Source of the DNA: Flavobacteriales bacterium
GTDB lineage: Bacteria; Bacteroidota; Bacteroidia; Flavobacteriales_D; Crocinitomicaceae
Direction of reading: 5' to 3'
DNA length: 48,487 bases
Assembly (NCBI GenBank): GCA_947463345.1
Contig: CANHSA010000001.1
Coordinates: 1-48,487, forward strand
The notes under the pieces: model-generated
The model's database searches: none
Told to the model about the DNA's origin: nothing
Seen by the model: the letters and a program-made list of their open reading frames with translations, nothing else
Position numbers and translations under genes: made by a program
Shown: in pieces, positions 9,605-18,445 of the stretch
Numbering within the stretch: position 1 is the first letter of the stretch
Layout of the letters: every line of letters starts with the position of its first letter

Positions 9605-10155
9605 CACCTGTTTTGCTTCTTTTGAAGTAAGGTTCTAGAAAAGGCTTCAATTGGTGGATACAAAAGTGCGTAATCTTTAAAAAACTGCTCTTTTGCACGC
9701 AAGAATTCAGTTGTCAAGGAGCTTAATTGACTTACTTTTTGACGTTCAAAGCGAATATATTCAGCATAGCGATTGCGCTCGCCCCTGCCTTCATTGATGT
9801 CCTTTCGTAATTGCTTCAAAACACGTTTTTCTTCTTTGATTCCTTCCTTCACTTTTAAATATTGTTGCAGCATCGGCTTGATACTTCTGCGCATCACTTT
9901 ATAGGCATCTAGCTTCTTGGCTAATTCCATGTCAATGGTATCTAGGTGTAGATTTTGCTTGACACGCAATTCAGTTTGAATGGTATTGAGCTTAATTGAA
10001 GCTATGTCATTCATGCGATCATCTTTTAATTTACCTACTAAAACCAATAAATTTCGATCCATTTTGGCCACTTTTCGCAATAGTTGGTCACGCTTGAAAT
10101 CGACGCATGCAAATGTAAGCACACTTACAAATAAAAGTAAAATGAACTTTTTCAT
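9604..10155 (-). CDS. Lipoprotein of unknown function, K/E/R-rich and helical
   Basis: It has a lipobox-like N-terminus (MKKFILLLFVSVLTFAC) and sits in the co-directional gene array. Confidence 0.5.
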   Translation of the reverse strand: MKKFILLLFVSVLTFACVDFKRDQLLRKVAKMDRNLLVLVGKLKDDRMNDIASIKLNTIQTELRVKQNLHLDTIDMELAKKLDAYKVMRRSIKPMLQQYLKVKEGIKEEKRVLKQLRKDINEGRGERNRYAEYIRFERQKVSQLSSLTTEFLRAKEQFFKDYALLYPPIEAFSRTLLQKKQNR

Positions 10156-10161
10156 GAGAAT

Positions 10162-10806
10162 TTAAGATAGATATTGATGAATTCCTGCCGTGAGCAATAA
10201 GGCAAGCGTGAAGCCAGTATAAACCTCAAGTGGCGTGTGTTTTCTAAGGTAAAGTCGGGCTGCCATAGTAAGCCCCGCAGCCAGTAAGGCACTGAGTACC
10301 CAAACCAAGCTAAAATGATCCTGTGCACGGGTAAAAACTATTAAAAATCCTAACAAAATACCGGCGCCGGCGCCGTGCAAAGAAATTTTAATCCAGCGGT
10401 TGATCAACAAAAAAATACTCGTAACAGCTACGCCAGACAATGGGAGGGCGTAGAAATATCTTGGCAAGGTTCCTGCTCCAGCTTTATAAACAAGTAGGAA
10501 GAATAGAACCAAAGAATAAACCAACATGATTACTAATGGCAAACTGCGCTCACCTTGACGCTCAATGTCTATTGTACTGATGACTTTAAAGCGATGTAAT
10601 AAAACAAAAGAGACGCCTGGGGCTACAACACTAAATAGAAAGAAAATAGTAAAAAGCGCCCACTTACTCTCAATTGGCGCGAAGTATAAACTCGTCATTT
10701 CGAGATCAGCACTGTAAGCAGGTACAAAAAGGCTGATGAGGATGCCATAGCTAGGCATCAGAAGGGGTAAGAATACCCATGAAAAAAAATGAGATAGAAA
10801 TTTCAT
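10162..10806 (-). CDS. Polytopic membrane protein with degenerate PAP2-phosphatase-like motifs
   Basis: It has about six TM helices. The motifs ERQGERSLP ... KISLHGAGAG ... ARLYLRKHTPLEVYTG resemble KxxxxxxRP / SxH / SRxxxxxHxxxD. Its start overlaps the rpoN stop (ATGA). Confidence 0.45.
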   Translation of the reverse strand: MKFLSHFFSWVFLPLLMPSYGILISLFVPAYSADLEMTSLYFAPIESKWALFTIFFLFSVVAPGVSFVLLHRFKVISTIDIERQGERSLPLVIMLVYSLVLFFLLVYKAGAGTLPRYFYALPLSGVAVTSIFLLINRWIKISLHGAGAGILLGFLIVFTRAQDHFSLVWVLSALLAAGLTMAARLYLRKHTPLEVYTGFTLALLLTAGIHQYLS

Positions 10807-12251
10807 AGTTCTTTGCGCATTCTTGCAACTGGTATATTAAGTTGTTCACGGTATTTAGCCACCGTTCTCCTGGCAATATTATAGCCTTTTTCTTTGAGTA
10901 AATCCATTAATTTCTCGTCGGTAAGAGGGCTGTGTTTGTCTTCGGCTGCAATGGCATCCGATAAGATTTTCTTTACTTCGCGAGTGGAAACCTCTTCTCC
11001 GCTGTCTGTAGATAAAGATTCCGAGAAAAAGTACTTCAGTGAAAAAATTCCGTAATTGGTCTGAACGTACTTTGAATTGGCCACCCTTGAAATAGTAGAA
11101 ATATCGAGCTCCACCATGTCGGCGATGTCTTTAAGAATCATTGGCCTGAGCTTGGTTTCATCGCCCGACAAAAAATAAGCTTCTTGATACTCTAAAATAG
11201 CCCCCATTGTAAGCAAAAGGGTTTGTTGGCGTTGTTTGATGGCATCGATGAACCATTTGGCGCCATCTAATTTTTGCTTTACAAACTGAAAAGCTTCTTT
11301 ATCCGCTTTCGAATTTTTAGCGCCTTCAGCATAGCTACGCAACATGCTTTCGTAATCGCGATTGACTTTTAAATCTGGCGCATTTCTACTGTTTAAACTC
11401 AGTTCTATGCGGCCTTCATGTTCAAATAAGGTAAAATCTGGAATGATTTGCTGGTGGTTTTTCGCAGCCTCTCTCATAGACCCACCGGGCTTCGGATTAC
11501 AGCGCAGAATTTCATCAATCGCCTCCTTGAGGTCTTGCTCCTCGATTTCTAACTTTTTGGCGATGCGCTCGTAGTGCTTCTTGGTGAATTCCTCGAAGAA
11601 GTTTTCGACTATTTTGAGTGCCGTAAAGCGGACAATATCGCCATCTTGCTTGCGGCGCAATTGCAACAACAAGCATTCTTGTAGATTTCTAGCGCCTACG
11701 CCTGCTGGTTCTAATTCCTGAACCAACTCAAGCACCGCGCCTACTTCTTTTTCAGTAGCTTCTACATTCATAGAAAAAGCAAGGTCGTCGACGATGGCGT
11801 CAATGGCACGATTGAGATATCCTGATTCATCTAGGTTGCCGATGATGAGGTCTGCAATGACAAACTGCTTTTCATCGAGGTAAAGCAAATGGAGTTGTTC
11901 GGTAAGTCGTTCTTGAAAGGTTTGCTCCCCAGATAAAGGAATCACGCGCTCTTCGTCGTCTTTAGACTGATTGTTGGCTTGTGTTTTGTAATCGGCGATG
12001 TCGTCGTCTAGGTAGTCAGAAATGTCGAAGTCGTTGTCGTCGTTGTCGTCGTCGGAATCGTAGTCGTCTTGGTTATCAAAATCATCCTCTTCATGCTCTT
12101 GACCTTCTTCTAGAGCTGGATTCTCTTCCAATTCTTGTTTGATGCGTTGATCGAGCTCCATGGTTGGCACCTGCAACAATTTCATCAGCTGAATTTGTTG
12201 AGGTGAAAGCCGTTGTTCAAGCTTTTGGATGAGTTGTTGACGCAATGCCAT
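10803..12251 (-). CDS. rpoN: RNA polymerase sigma-54 factor
   Basis: Region I is Gln/Leu-rich (MALRQQLIQKLEQRLSPQQIQLMKLLQ). Region II is acidic. The C-terminus has the RpoN box ARRTVAKYREQLNIP. Confidence 0.92.
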   Translation of the reverse strand: MALRQQLIQKLEQRLSPQQIQLMKLLQVPTMELDQRIKQELEENPALEEGQEHEEDDFDNQDDYDSDDDNDDNDFDISDYLDDDIADYKTQANNQSKDDEERVIPLSGEQTFQERLTEQLHLLYLDEKQFVIADLIIGNLDESGYLNRAIDAIVDDLAFSMNVEATEKEVGAVLELVQELEPAGVGARNLQECLLLQLRRKQDGDIVRFTALKIVENFFEEFTKKHYERIAKKLEIEEQDLKEAIDEILRCNPKPGGSMREAAKNHQQIIPDFTLFEHEGRIELSLNSRNAPDLKVNRDYESMLRSYAEGAKNSKADKEAFQFVKQKLDGAKWFIDAIKQRQQTLLLTMGAILEYQEAYFLSGDETKLRPMILKDIADMVELDISTISRVANSKYVQTNYGIFSLKYFFSESLSTDSGEEVSTREVKKILSDAIAAEDKHSPLTDEKLMDLLKEKGYNIARRTVAKYREQLNIPVARMRKEL

Positions 12252-13192
12252 TATTCAATTTTCTGCTTGATGACTTGATAAATTTCCAGAGTTGTCATGT
12301 CATATACATAAACCAATACATGCATGTTTTCGGCGTTATAGTTGCCATCTAGTTGGTTTGGAACTACAAAGCTGTAATTGACATAATATTTACCATTCAA
12401 TAAGTCAGACGCTATTAACTGACGGCCAAAAGGCATATTGTTGAGGTTTTTTCGGTGGATGTCTCGGTGGATGTAATTATGATTGTGAGAGTTATCAGAC
12501 ATTTTTTGATCACCAACCAAGGAATCTTCAAGCAAATAAGCAACAATGCCTAACTCATTAGTCAAACTTTGATCGATTTTGTCGACTTCAACATGTAAGA
12601 AAGCACCCTTTGTGCTCGGGTAATAATTGAGGTCAGCTTGTAAATTGACCTTTAAGTTATTTTCTGAAAGCAAAGTACTCGTCATTGAAGACCACTGACC
12701 TGGGCTCTGAAAAATATTACCGCCATTTGATACACGACTTATTGGGCCTCTCGGGTTACCTACAAATCCACCATCGTTGGTGCCAAACCAAGTGCCAATA
12801 AACAAGCCGTCGGGATTTGTAAAATCAAGTGTATATTCAGCATCTACGCTCTGAAAATCTCCAATCCCATCTACGCCAGCATGTATCGAAGCGACATGTA
12901 CTCGGCCAGGATTTGCCTCTTGTAATTGATGAGCAAGGTCAGCTGCAGCTGGGCAGAAGATACATTTATGGCCCGTGAAATCTTCAATCAATACATTTCT
13001 ATCGACATTAGTATTCGCGGTAAACGTAGGCCATTCATTGGCGAGATAATCAGACCAATTGCCAGGATAAAGTGTGGTGTCAAGTTCAAGGTTGACAAGT
13101 GGCGGATACGGATTTGTGATGCGGTCGCAAGAAGGCAATAAATAAAGACCAAAAGTGATGGCAAAAGCTATAAAAAGAACTGCTTGTTTCAT
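12251..13192 (-). CDS. Omp28-related outer-membrane lipoprotein with a thioredoxin-like CxxC
   Basis: It has a lipoprotein signal (LLPSC) and VLIEDFTGHKCIFCPAA. The family assignment is from memory and has not been searched. Confidence 0.55.
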   Translation of the reverse strand: MKQAVLFIAFAITFGLYLLPSCDRITNPYPPLVNLELDTTLYPGNWSDYLANEWPTFTANTNVDRNVLIEDFTGHKCIFCPAAADLAHQLQEANPGRVHVASIHAGVDGIGDFQSVDAEYTLDFTNPDGLFIGTWFGTNDGGFVGNPRGPISRVSNGGNIFQSPGQWSSMTSTLLSENNLKVNLQADLNYYPSTKGAFLHVEVDKIDQSLTNELGIVAYLLEDSLVGDQKMSDNSHNHNYIHRDIHRKNLNNMPFGRQLIASDLLNGKYYVNYSFVVPNQLDGNYNAENMHVLVYVYDMTTLEIYQVIKQKIE

Positions 13193-13193
13193 G

Positions 13194-14855
13194 TTAAAAA
13201 CTATGCGTTAAATTGATCATAAGGCCATTGTTGGCCGGTACTGGTCTGCAAACACCACCAACACAGAACAAACCTGCTCTTTGGCGGCCATAAGAAAAGG
13301 TTAAACGAGTGGCATCTTTGATGTATCCGCAAGTAATAATGGGGTAATTGACTCTTTTACTCAGGTCATCATTGCCATAATTGTACTGATTCATGGCAGA
13401 AAAGAACCACCCCGGAGAAATGGTGTATTCCACAAGTGCGGTAGCCCAATCTCCTTTATCGTTGATTCCTTCATCATTTCTCTGTACCCACATGCCCTGA
13501 AGTTCCCAGCGCAGCGCATGGTGGGCATTGATTTTATAGGTGCCCTCTAAAACAGCAATGCGGGCATGAATAATCCCTTTTGCATCGCTGACTTTCACAA
13601 CATCATTGTTGATTTTGATATCATAGTAACTGAAAATTCCGCTCCACTGTTTATTGATTTTTTTGGTGATATTGAAGTTGATATCTTGCCAATACAAGCT
13701 ATCGCTCAAAGCAAACGGACGCGTATGATAAATTACTCTTGAAGAATCATTCAAGTCTATTCCATTTAAAGTTTGCTCTGGGCGGTATGTTGTGGAATAG
13801 TTGAGGCCAACGGTTGTTCCATATTTGCCACCAAGTTGTGATCCTTTCTTAAAAGTGTAGAGTAAATCTGCTTGATACGCGACCTCCCCCATTGGCTGTG
13901 TAGCGTAAGGATATAAGGTAGCAACAAGATTGTAGGTATGTGTTTTATTTAAGGAGGGTAAAAAATTGATCAATACATCTTGTAAATCTTTGGTGCGGTC
14001 AGAACGGAAACTCATGTTGTCTACAGATTTTCCGGAAAGTAAAATACCGAGTCCTTTTTTGGTATAACGCAAATTAAAAATGGCCGCATGGCCATAATTG
14101 TAGATATATTGGTTGTCTGAAGAAGGGTCTTGCTCTTTTTGAATAAACTCGGCATCGGCATAAAAATTGCCGTAAGTCAGTTTAAGTCTTCCTCCATAAG
14201 CACCCACATTTTGTGGTAAAACCCAATCAGGATTGTCGTCTTCTTGAAATTTACTCACAAACGAGGCCCCCAGCACTACATCTAGTTTTTTATCTTTAAG
14301 AAAATCCAAGCCTTCGTTGAGGTGCCATTCTGCGTCTGTTCCACGAACTAAGCCTGCGCCGTGTACAATTTGACCTTGTTGAAAAGACAAGCGCTGTGTG
14401 CCATAAACTCCTTTCACAACAAAACCTTTGCCCGGGCGTAAAACGATGCGCATACCATCGAGTAAATTATCGTAGCCTAAATTGCGGTCTTCGTAGGTCC
14501 TGAGCGCCAAACCTGTTCCAAACTGTTCGTAAAAAGCACCAAGTGTTACATCCACGAAATCATTTTGGTAACCCACATATCGCATGCCGATTCCGGTGCC
14601 GTCAAAACGGTTTGGATATCCTTGAATACGCGGCAAATAGGACTCAAAACGCATGCCCGCCTTGAAATTGCCTTGTGTATAAAAGACATTCATATATGAG
14701 TTCATCAGGCCTTTTTGAACGGGCTGCTTGGCATTAATAATGCTGTCTTCATTAAGGTATTGGAATACAGTTTCCATGTTGCCGGTAATATTGCCTTGTG
14801 CAAAAGCAACCTGACTGAGCAACAATAAACTGAAGAGCGCGCGTAAATTTTTCAT
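13194..14855 (-). CDS. Predicted outer-membrane beta-barrel protein (DUF6029-like)
   Basis: It has a signal peptide (LLLSQVAFAQ), alternating-hydrophobic strand patterns rich in Y/G/N, and a C-terminal ...NLTHSF aromatic terminus. Confidence 0.6.
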   Translation of the reverse strand: MKNLRALFSLLLLSQVAFAQGNITGNMETVFQYLNEDSIINAKQPVQKGLMNSYMNVFYTQGNFKAGMRFESYLPRIQGYPNRFDGTGIGMRYVGYQNDFVDVTLGAFYEQFGTGLALRTYEDRNLGYDNLLDGMRIVLRPGKGFVVKGVYGTQRLSFQQGQIVHGAGLVRGTDAEWHLNEGLDFLKDKKLDVVLGASFVSKFQEDDNPDWVLPQNVGAYGGRLKLTYGNFYADAEFIQKEQDPSSDNQYIYNYGHAAIFNLRYTKKGLGILLSGKSVDNMSFRSDRTKDLQDVLINFLPSLNKTHTYNLVATLYPYATQPMGEVAYQADLLYTFKKGSQLGGKYGTTVGLNYSTTYRPEQTLNGIDLNDSSRVIYHTRPFALSDSLYWQDINFNITKKINKQWSGIFSYYDIKINNDVVKVSDAKGIIHARIAVLEGTYKINAHHALRWELQGMWVQRNDEGINDKGDWATALVEYTISPGWFFSAMNQYNYGNDDLSKRVNYPIITCGYIKDATRLTFSYGRQRAGLFCVGGVCRPVPANNGLMINLTHSF

Positions 14856-14858
14856 GGA

Positions 14859-15377
14859 TTATTTTTCACTCAATTTGAGCAATTCTTGGTAAAGTTTTTC
14901 TTCATCGCCTGGAGCGTAGTTATTGTGAGAGTATACAATGTTTCCGTTTTTATCGACTAAAAATGTATGAGGCACGTTGTTGACACCCATAGCGCGCTTG
15001 AAGTCCCAGTTTGGATCCATGAGAACTGTGTAGTCCCAGGCCTTGCCATTTACATAAACAGGAACTTGACTTTTTGTTTTTTCGTCATCAATTGCGATGG
15101 CAACTAAAGTAACACCCGTTTCTGCAACCCAATCCTCATAGACCTCATGAATGGTATTTAGTTCTTTTTTACAAGGCGCACACCAAGTGGCCCAAAAGCT
15201 GATAATGACCGGGCCATTTGCTGTTAATTCAGAAGTATTTATGGCCTTTCCAGACATATCGACCAATTTGACAGCTGGCACTTTTTTGTGACTTAGAGAG
15301 GTTTCGACAGTGGGTTCTTGAGCATTTACGGTAAGCGATAAAGAACCGACAAATAGGAGTAAAAATAACTTTTTCAT
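14859..15377 (-). CDS. TlpA-family periplasmic thiol:disulfide oxidoreductase
   Basis: It has FWATWCAPCKKE, a cis-Pro NNVPHTFL and the signal peptide MKKLFLLLFVGSLSLTVNAQ. An alternative start at ATG 15392 directly abuts a hairpin. The track start at 15446 lies in the promoter region. Confidence 0.8.
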   Translation of the reverse strand: MKKLFLLLFVGSLSLTVNAQEPTVETSLSHKKVPAVKLVDMSGKAINTSELTANGPVIISFWATWCAPCKKELNTIHEVYEDWVAETGVTLVAIAIDDEKTKSQVPVYVNGKAWDYTVLMDPNWDFKRAMGVNNVPHTFLVDKNGNIVYSHNNYAPGDEEKLYQELLKLSEK

Positions 15378-15418
15378 ATTTTGAATTTTCATCGGCAAGA
15401 CAAAAACCTTGCCGAATT

Positions 15419-15447
15419 CAAAAGTAAGAAAAAAGCAGCTATGCAAA
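15419..15447 (-). promoter_or_regulatory. Candidate promoter of the tlpA-to-TPR gene array
   Basis: On the minus strand there is a TTTG, then 17 nt, then TACTTTTG (TAnnTTTG). This lies 27 nt upstream of ATG 15392. Confidence 0.4.
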
Positions 15448-15460
15448 AAATGGCTTAAAT

Positions 15461-15491
15461 TTTGATAAGTGCGGTGAAAAGCTTATTTTTG
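15461..15491 (+). promoter_or_regulatory. Candidate promoter of the T9SS cargo gene / rnr
   Basis: TTTG (15461-15464) is followed by 19 nt and then TATTTTTG (15484-15491). This lies 19 nt upstream of ATG 15510. Confidence 0.45.
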
Positions 15492-15509
15492 AACAAATAC
15501 AATCTTTCT

Positions 15510-16262
15510 ATGAAAGCCTTATTTCTATCTCTTCTCTGCACTATTGGTTTTGCAAGCTTTGCGCAAAACAACATCGTTATCCATCTCGATGGTCAAACCG
15601 CTGACATCTCTGGTCAAACTCATACCGTTGTTGCTCCATCCGGAGACTCTTTCGATATCCCTTTTGATGTTGTCAACAACACTGGTTCATCAGCACAATG
15701 GCGCATTACCCGTAAACAACTTAGCTTGCCCACAGGCTGGACCGACGCATTGTGTTGGGGTCACTCCACAGATCCTTTTGGTGGCACTTGTTATTCTTCT
15801 ACCCAAATGAATTCCAACCCTTGGACTACACCAGGATCCCAAACCGTTCTTTTTACAATTAATGACGGTGAATACGGAAAAATGAAAGTATCTGTTGATC
15901 CTGAAAACAACACTTTTGGACAAGCACATTACCGTTATTACATTAGCGCCAATGGTGTAAACATGCTAGATTCTGTAGACCTAATCGTTGACTACCTTGC
16001 TACGATCAAGCCGCAAATTAAAGAAGAAATCAACATTTCAGTTGCGCCTAATCCAAGCACAGAATACGTCAATATTCAGTTTAGTGGTGTAGAGCAACTC
16101 CAACTCAAAATGGTAGATGCACTTGGAAACGTTATTACACGCGAAGTACTTACCTCTAGCCGAAAACTCAACGTTAGCGATCTCAATAGCGGTATTTACT
16201 TTCTGGTTTTTGAAGCACCTGGCTCCAAAAGCATCACCCGCAAATTGGTTGTCAGACACTAA
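15510..16262 (+). CDS. Secreted protein of unknown function with a T9SS type-A C-terminal sorting domain
   Basis: It has a signal peptide (MKALFLSLLCTIGFASFAQ). The C-terminus reads ISVAPNPSTEYVNIQF...SGIYFLVFEAPG...KLVVRH. Confidence 0.7.
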   Translation: MKALFLSLLCTIGFASFAQNNIVIHLDGQTADISGQTHTVVAPSGDSFDIPFDVVNNTGSSAQWRITRKQLSLPTGWTDALCWGHSTDPFGGTCYSSTQMNSNPWTTPGSQTVLFTINDGEYGKMKVSVDPENNTFGQAHYRYYISANGVNMLDSVDLIVDYLATIKPQIKEEINISVAPNPSTEYVNIQFSGVEQLQLKMVDALGNVITREVLTSSRKLNVSDLNSGIYFLVFEAPGSKSITRKLVVRH

Positions 16263-18409
16263 TGTCAAAGCGCAAACCTAAAGCACCAGCAGCTCAAGCA
16301 CCCAGAAAAAAAGCAGGCATTACCACAATGGTGATGCGCATTTTTGAACAAAACCCTGGCGTTGAGCTCACCCACAAACAAATTTCAACTTTACTCGACG
16401 CCCGAGATGGTCGTTCTAGGCAAGTTGTTTTCGACTCGCTCAGTGTACTCGCCAACAAAAAAGCAATCCTGCGCATCAACCACCATACCTACAAACTTGC
16501 AGGTTCCGATTCGCTTTTAGAGGGAACTATTTCAATCACCCAACGAGGTGCTGGTTTTGTAACAGTACAAGGCCACCCAAGAGACATCTACATCGGGCCT
16601 TCAAACGTTGGTCAGGCCCTACATGGAGACACCGTCAAGGTGCGCATATTCAAACAAGGCTCTAGCCGCGACGAAGGTGCCGTAACAGAAGTCACTGAGC
16701 GCGACCGCATTCAGTTTGTAGGCACCATTCAAATCCGCAACAACGATGCGCTTATGGTTCCAGACAACGCGCGTTCTGGCGTTGAAATCAAGATACCACT
16801 AGACAAACTCAACGGTGCCCAACACGGCGAAAAAGCATTGGTCAAGATTACCATTTGGCCCAAAAGTGCTGAAAGACCCTACGGCGAAGTACTTGTAAGG
16901 CTCGGCAAGTCGGGGAGCAACGAAACCGAGATGCTATCTATCCTTTACAACCAAGGCATCAATCCTGTTTTCCCTGAAGCGGTTATGGCCGAAGCTGAAC
17001 TCATTGGCATCGACCTCGATCCTAAAGAAGTAGCACAAAGACGCGACTTCCGCCCCATTCTTACCTTTACAATTGACCCTTTCGACGCCAAAGACTTTGA
17101 CGATGCCATTTCTTTTCAAGATTTAGAAAACGGGCATTTTGAAGTCGGGGTACACATCGCAGACGTCAGTCATTACGTACGGCCTGGCTCAGCCATGGAT
17201 CAAGAAGCGCTACTGCGTTCTAATTCTGTCTATTTAGTAGATCGCGTGGTCCCAATGCTTCCTGAACAGCTCAGTAATTTGGCCTGCTCGCTGCGCCCAC
17301 ACGAAGACAAATTTGCATTTTCAGCAGTTTTTGAACTAGACGACGCAGGCAAAATCTATAAAGAATGGTACGGCAAAACCGTCATTCACTCCGACCGCCG
17401 CTATACATACGAAGAGGCACAAGAAATTTTAGAGGGTAAGCCTGGTGATCACGAAACCATTCTCAGAAAAATTGATGCGCTTGCCAAAATATACCGAACA
17501 CAACGCCTCAAACACGGTGCGCTCAGTATTGAATCGGAAGAAATGCGCTTTAAACTCGACGAAGAAGGTAACCCAGATGGTGTCGTGATCAAAACTTCCA
17601 AAGACGCGCACAAACTCATTGAAGAATTCATGTTGTTGGCCAATAGAAAGGTAGCCGAATTTCTCTCTCCCAAAAAGAAAGAGAAAGCGAACTTTCCTAT
17701 GATTTATCGTGTCCACGACACACCAGACCCTTCCAAAATGGAGCTTTTTGCGGTGTTTATCGAAAAATTTGGACACAAAGTAGACATCAACGACCCTCTC
17801 AATATCGCCAAAAACCTCAACGAACTATTCGAAGAGATTCGTTCAGAAAACGAATTTTCATTGGTGCAATCAATGGCCATTCGCTCAATGGCCAAAGCAA
17901 GCTACGACACCGTCAATATCGGGCACTACGGTCTCGCATTCAAACATTATTCGCACTTTACGTCTCCTATCAGACGTTATGCCGATTTAGTAGTGCACCG
18001 CATTTTGCAAGAAGAACTTACCGCCAAAAAACATAAATATGGTGGAGAACTCGGTGCTATTTGTCAGCGCATTTCTAAAAACGAACGCAAAGCGGCAGAA
18101 GCCGAGAGAGAGTCTACCAAATTCTTCCAATCACTTTACGCCATGGAATTTGTAGGTGAAGTTTTTGAAGGTACGATTTCAGGAATTGCCGAACACGGCA
18201 TGTTTGTCAGGATGGATGAAAACTATTGCGAAGGAATGGTTCCCATGATGGCCATTCCTGGTGACCGCTTCTATTTTGACCAAGAAAAGTTTCAGTTAGT
18301 GGGTTCCAAAACCAAGCGCACCTACCAATTTGGTGACCGCGTCAAAGTACGCATCGATCAAGTGAGCACCAAAAAACGACAAATAGACCTAGAATTAGTT
18401 GTTGGTTAA
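16262..18409 (+). CDS. rnr: Ribonuclease R
   Basis: It has an RNB catalytic domain (DPFDAKDFDDAIS, HYGLAFKHYSHFTSPIRRYADL) and a C-terminal S1 domain (EGTISGIAEHGMFVRM). Confidence 0.92.
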   Translation: MSKRKPKAPAAQAPRKKAGITTMVMRIFEQNPGVELTHKQISTLLDARDGRSRQVVFDSLSVLANKKAILRINHHTYKLAGSDSLLEGTISITQRGAGFVTVQGHPRDIYIGPSNVGQALHGDTVKVRIFKQGSSRDEGAVTEVTERDRIQFVGTIQIRNNDALMVPDNARSGVEIKIPLDKLNGAQHGEKALVKITIWPKSAERPYGEVLVRLGKSGSNETEMLSILYNQGINPVFPEAVMAEAELIGIDLDPKEVAQRRDFRPILTFTIDPFDAKDFDDAISFQDLENGHFEVGVHIADVSHYVRPGSAMDQEALLRSNSVYLVDRVVPMLPEQLSNLACSLRPHEDKFAFSAVFELDDAGKIYKEWYGKTVIHSDRRYTYEEAQEILEGKPGDHETILRKIDALAKIYRTQRLKHGALSIESEEMRFKLDEEGNPDGVVIKTSKDAHKLIEEFMLLANRKVAEFLSPKKKEKANFPMIYRVHDTPDPSKMELFAVFIEKFGHKVDINDPLNIAKNLNELFEEIRSENEFSLVQSMAIRSMAKASYDTVNIGHYGLAFKHYSHFTSPIRRYADLVVHRILQEELTAKKHKYGGELGAICQRISKNERKAAEAERESTKFFQSLYAMEFVGEVFEGTISGIAEHGMFVRMDENYCEGMVPMMAIPGDRFYFDQEKFQLVGSKTKRTYQFGDRVKVRIDQVSTKKRQIDLELVVG

Positions 18410-18445
18410 GCAGCTATTTTTTACAAACGCAAGCTCAATAAATAG

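Noticed and set aside
11988-12095. GTC/GTCGTT tandem-like DNA repeats
   Set aside because: They encode the Asp-rich acidic region II of sigma-54 (DDFDNQDDYDSDDDNDDNDFD). This is a normal low-complexity linker, not a non-coding repeat.
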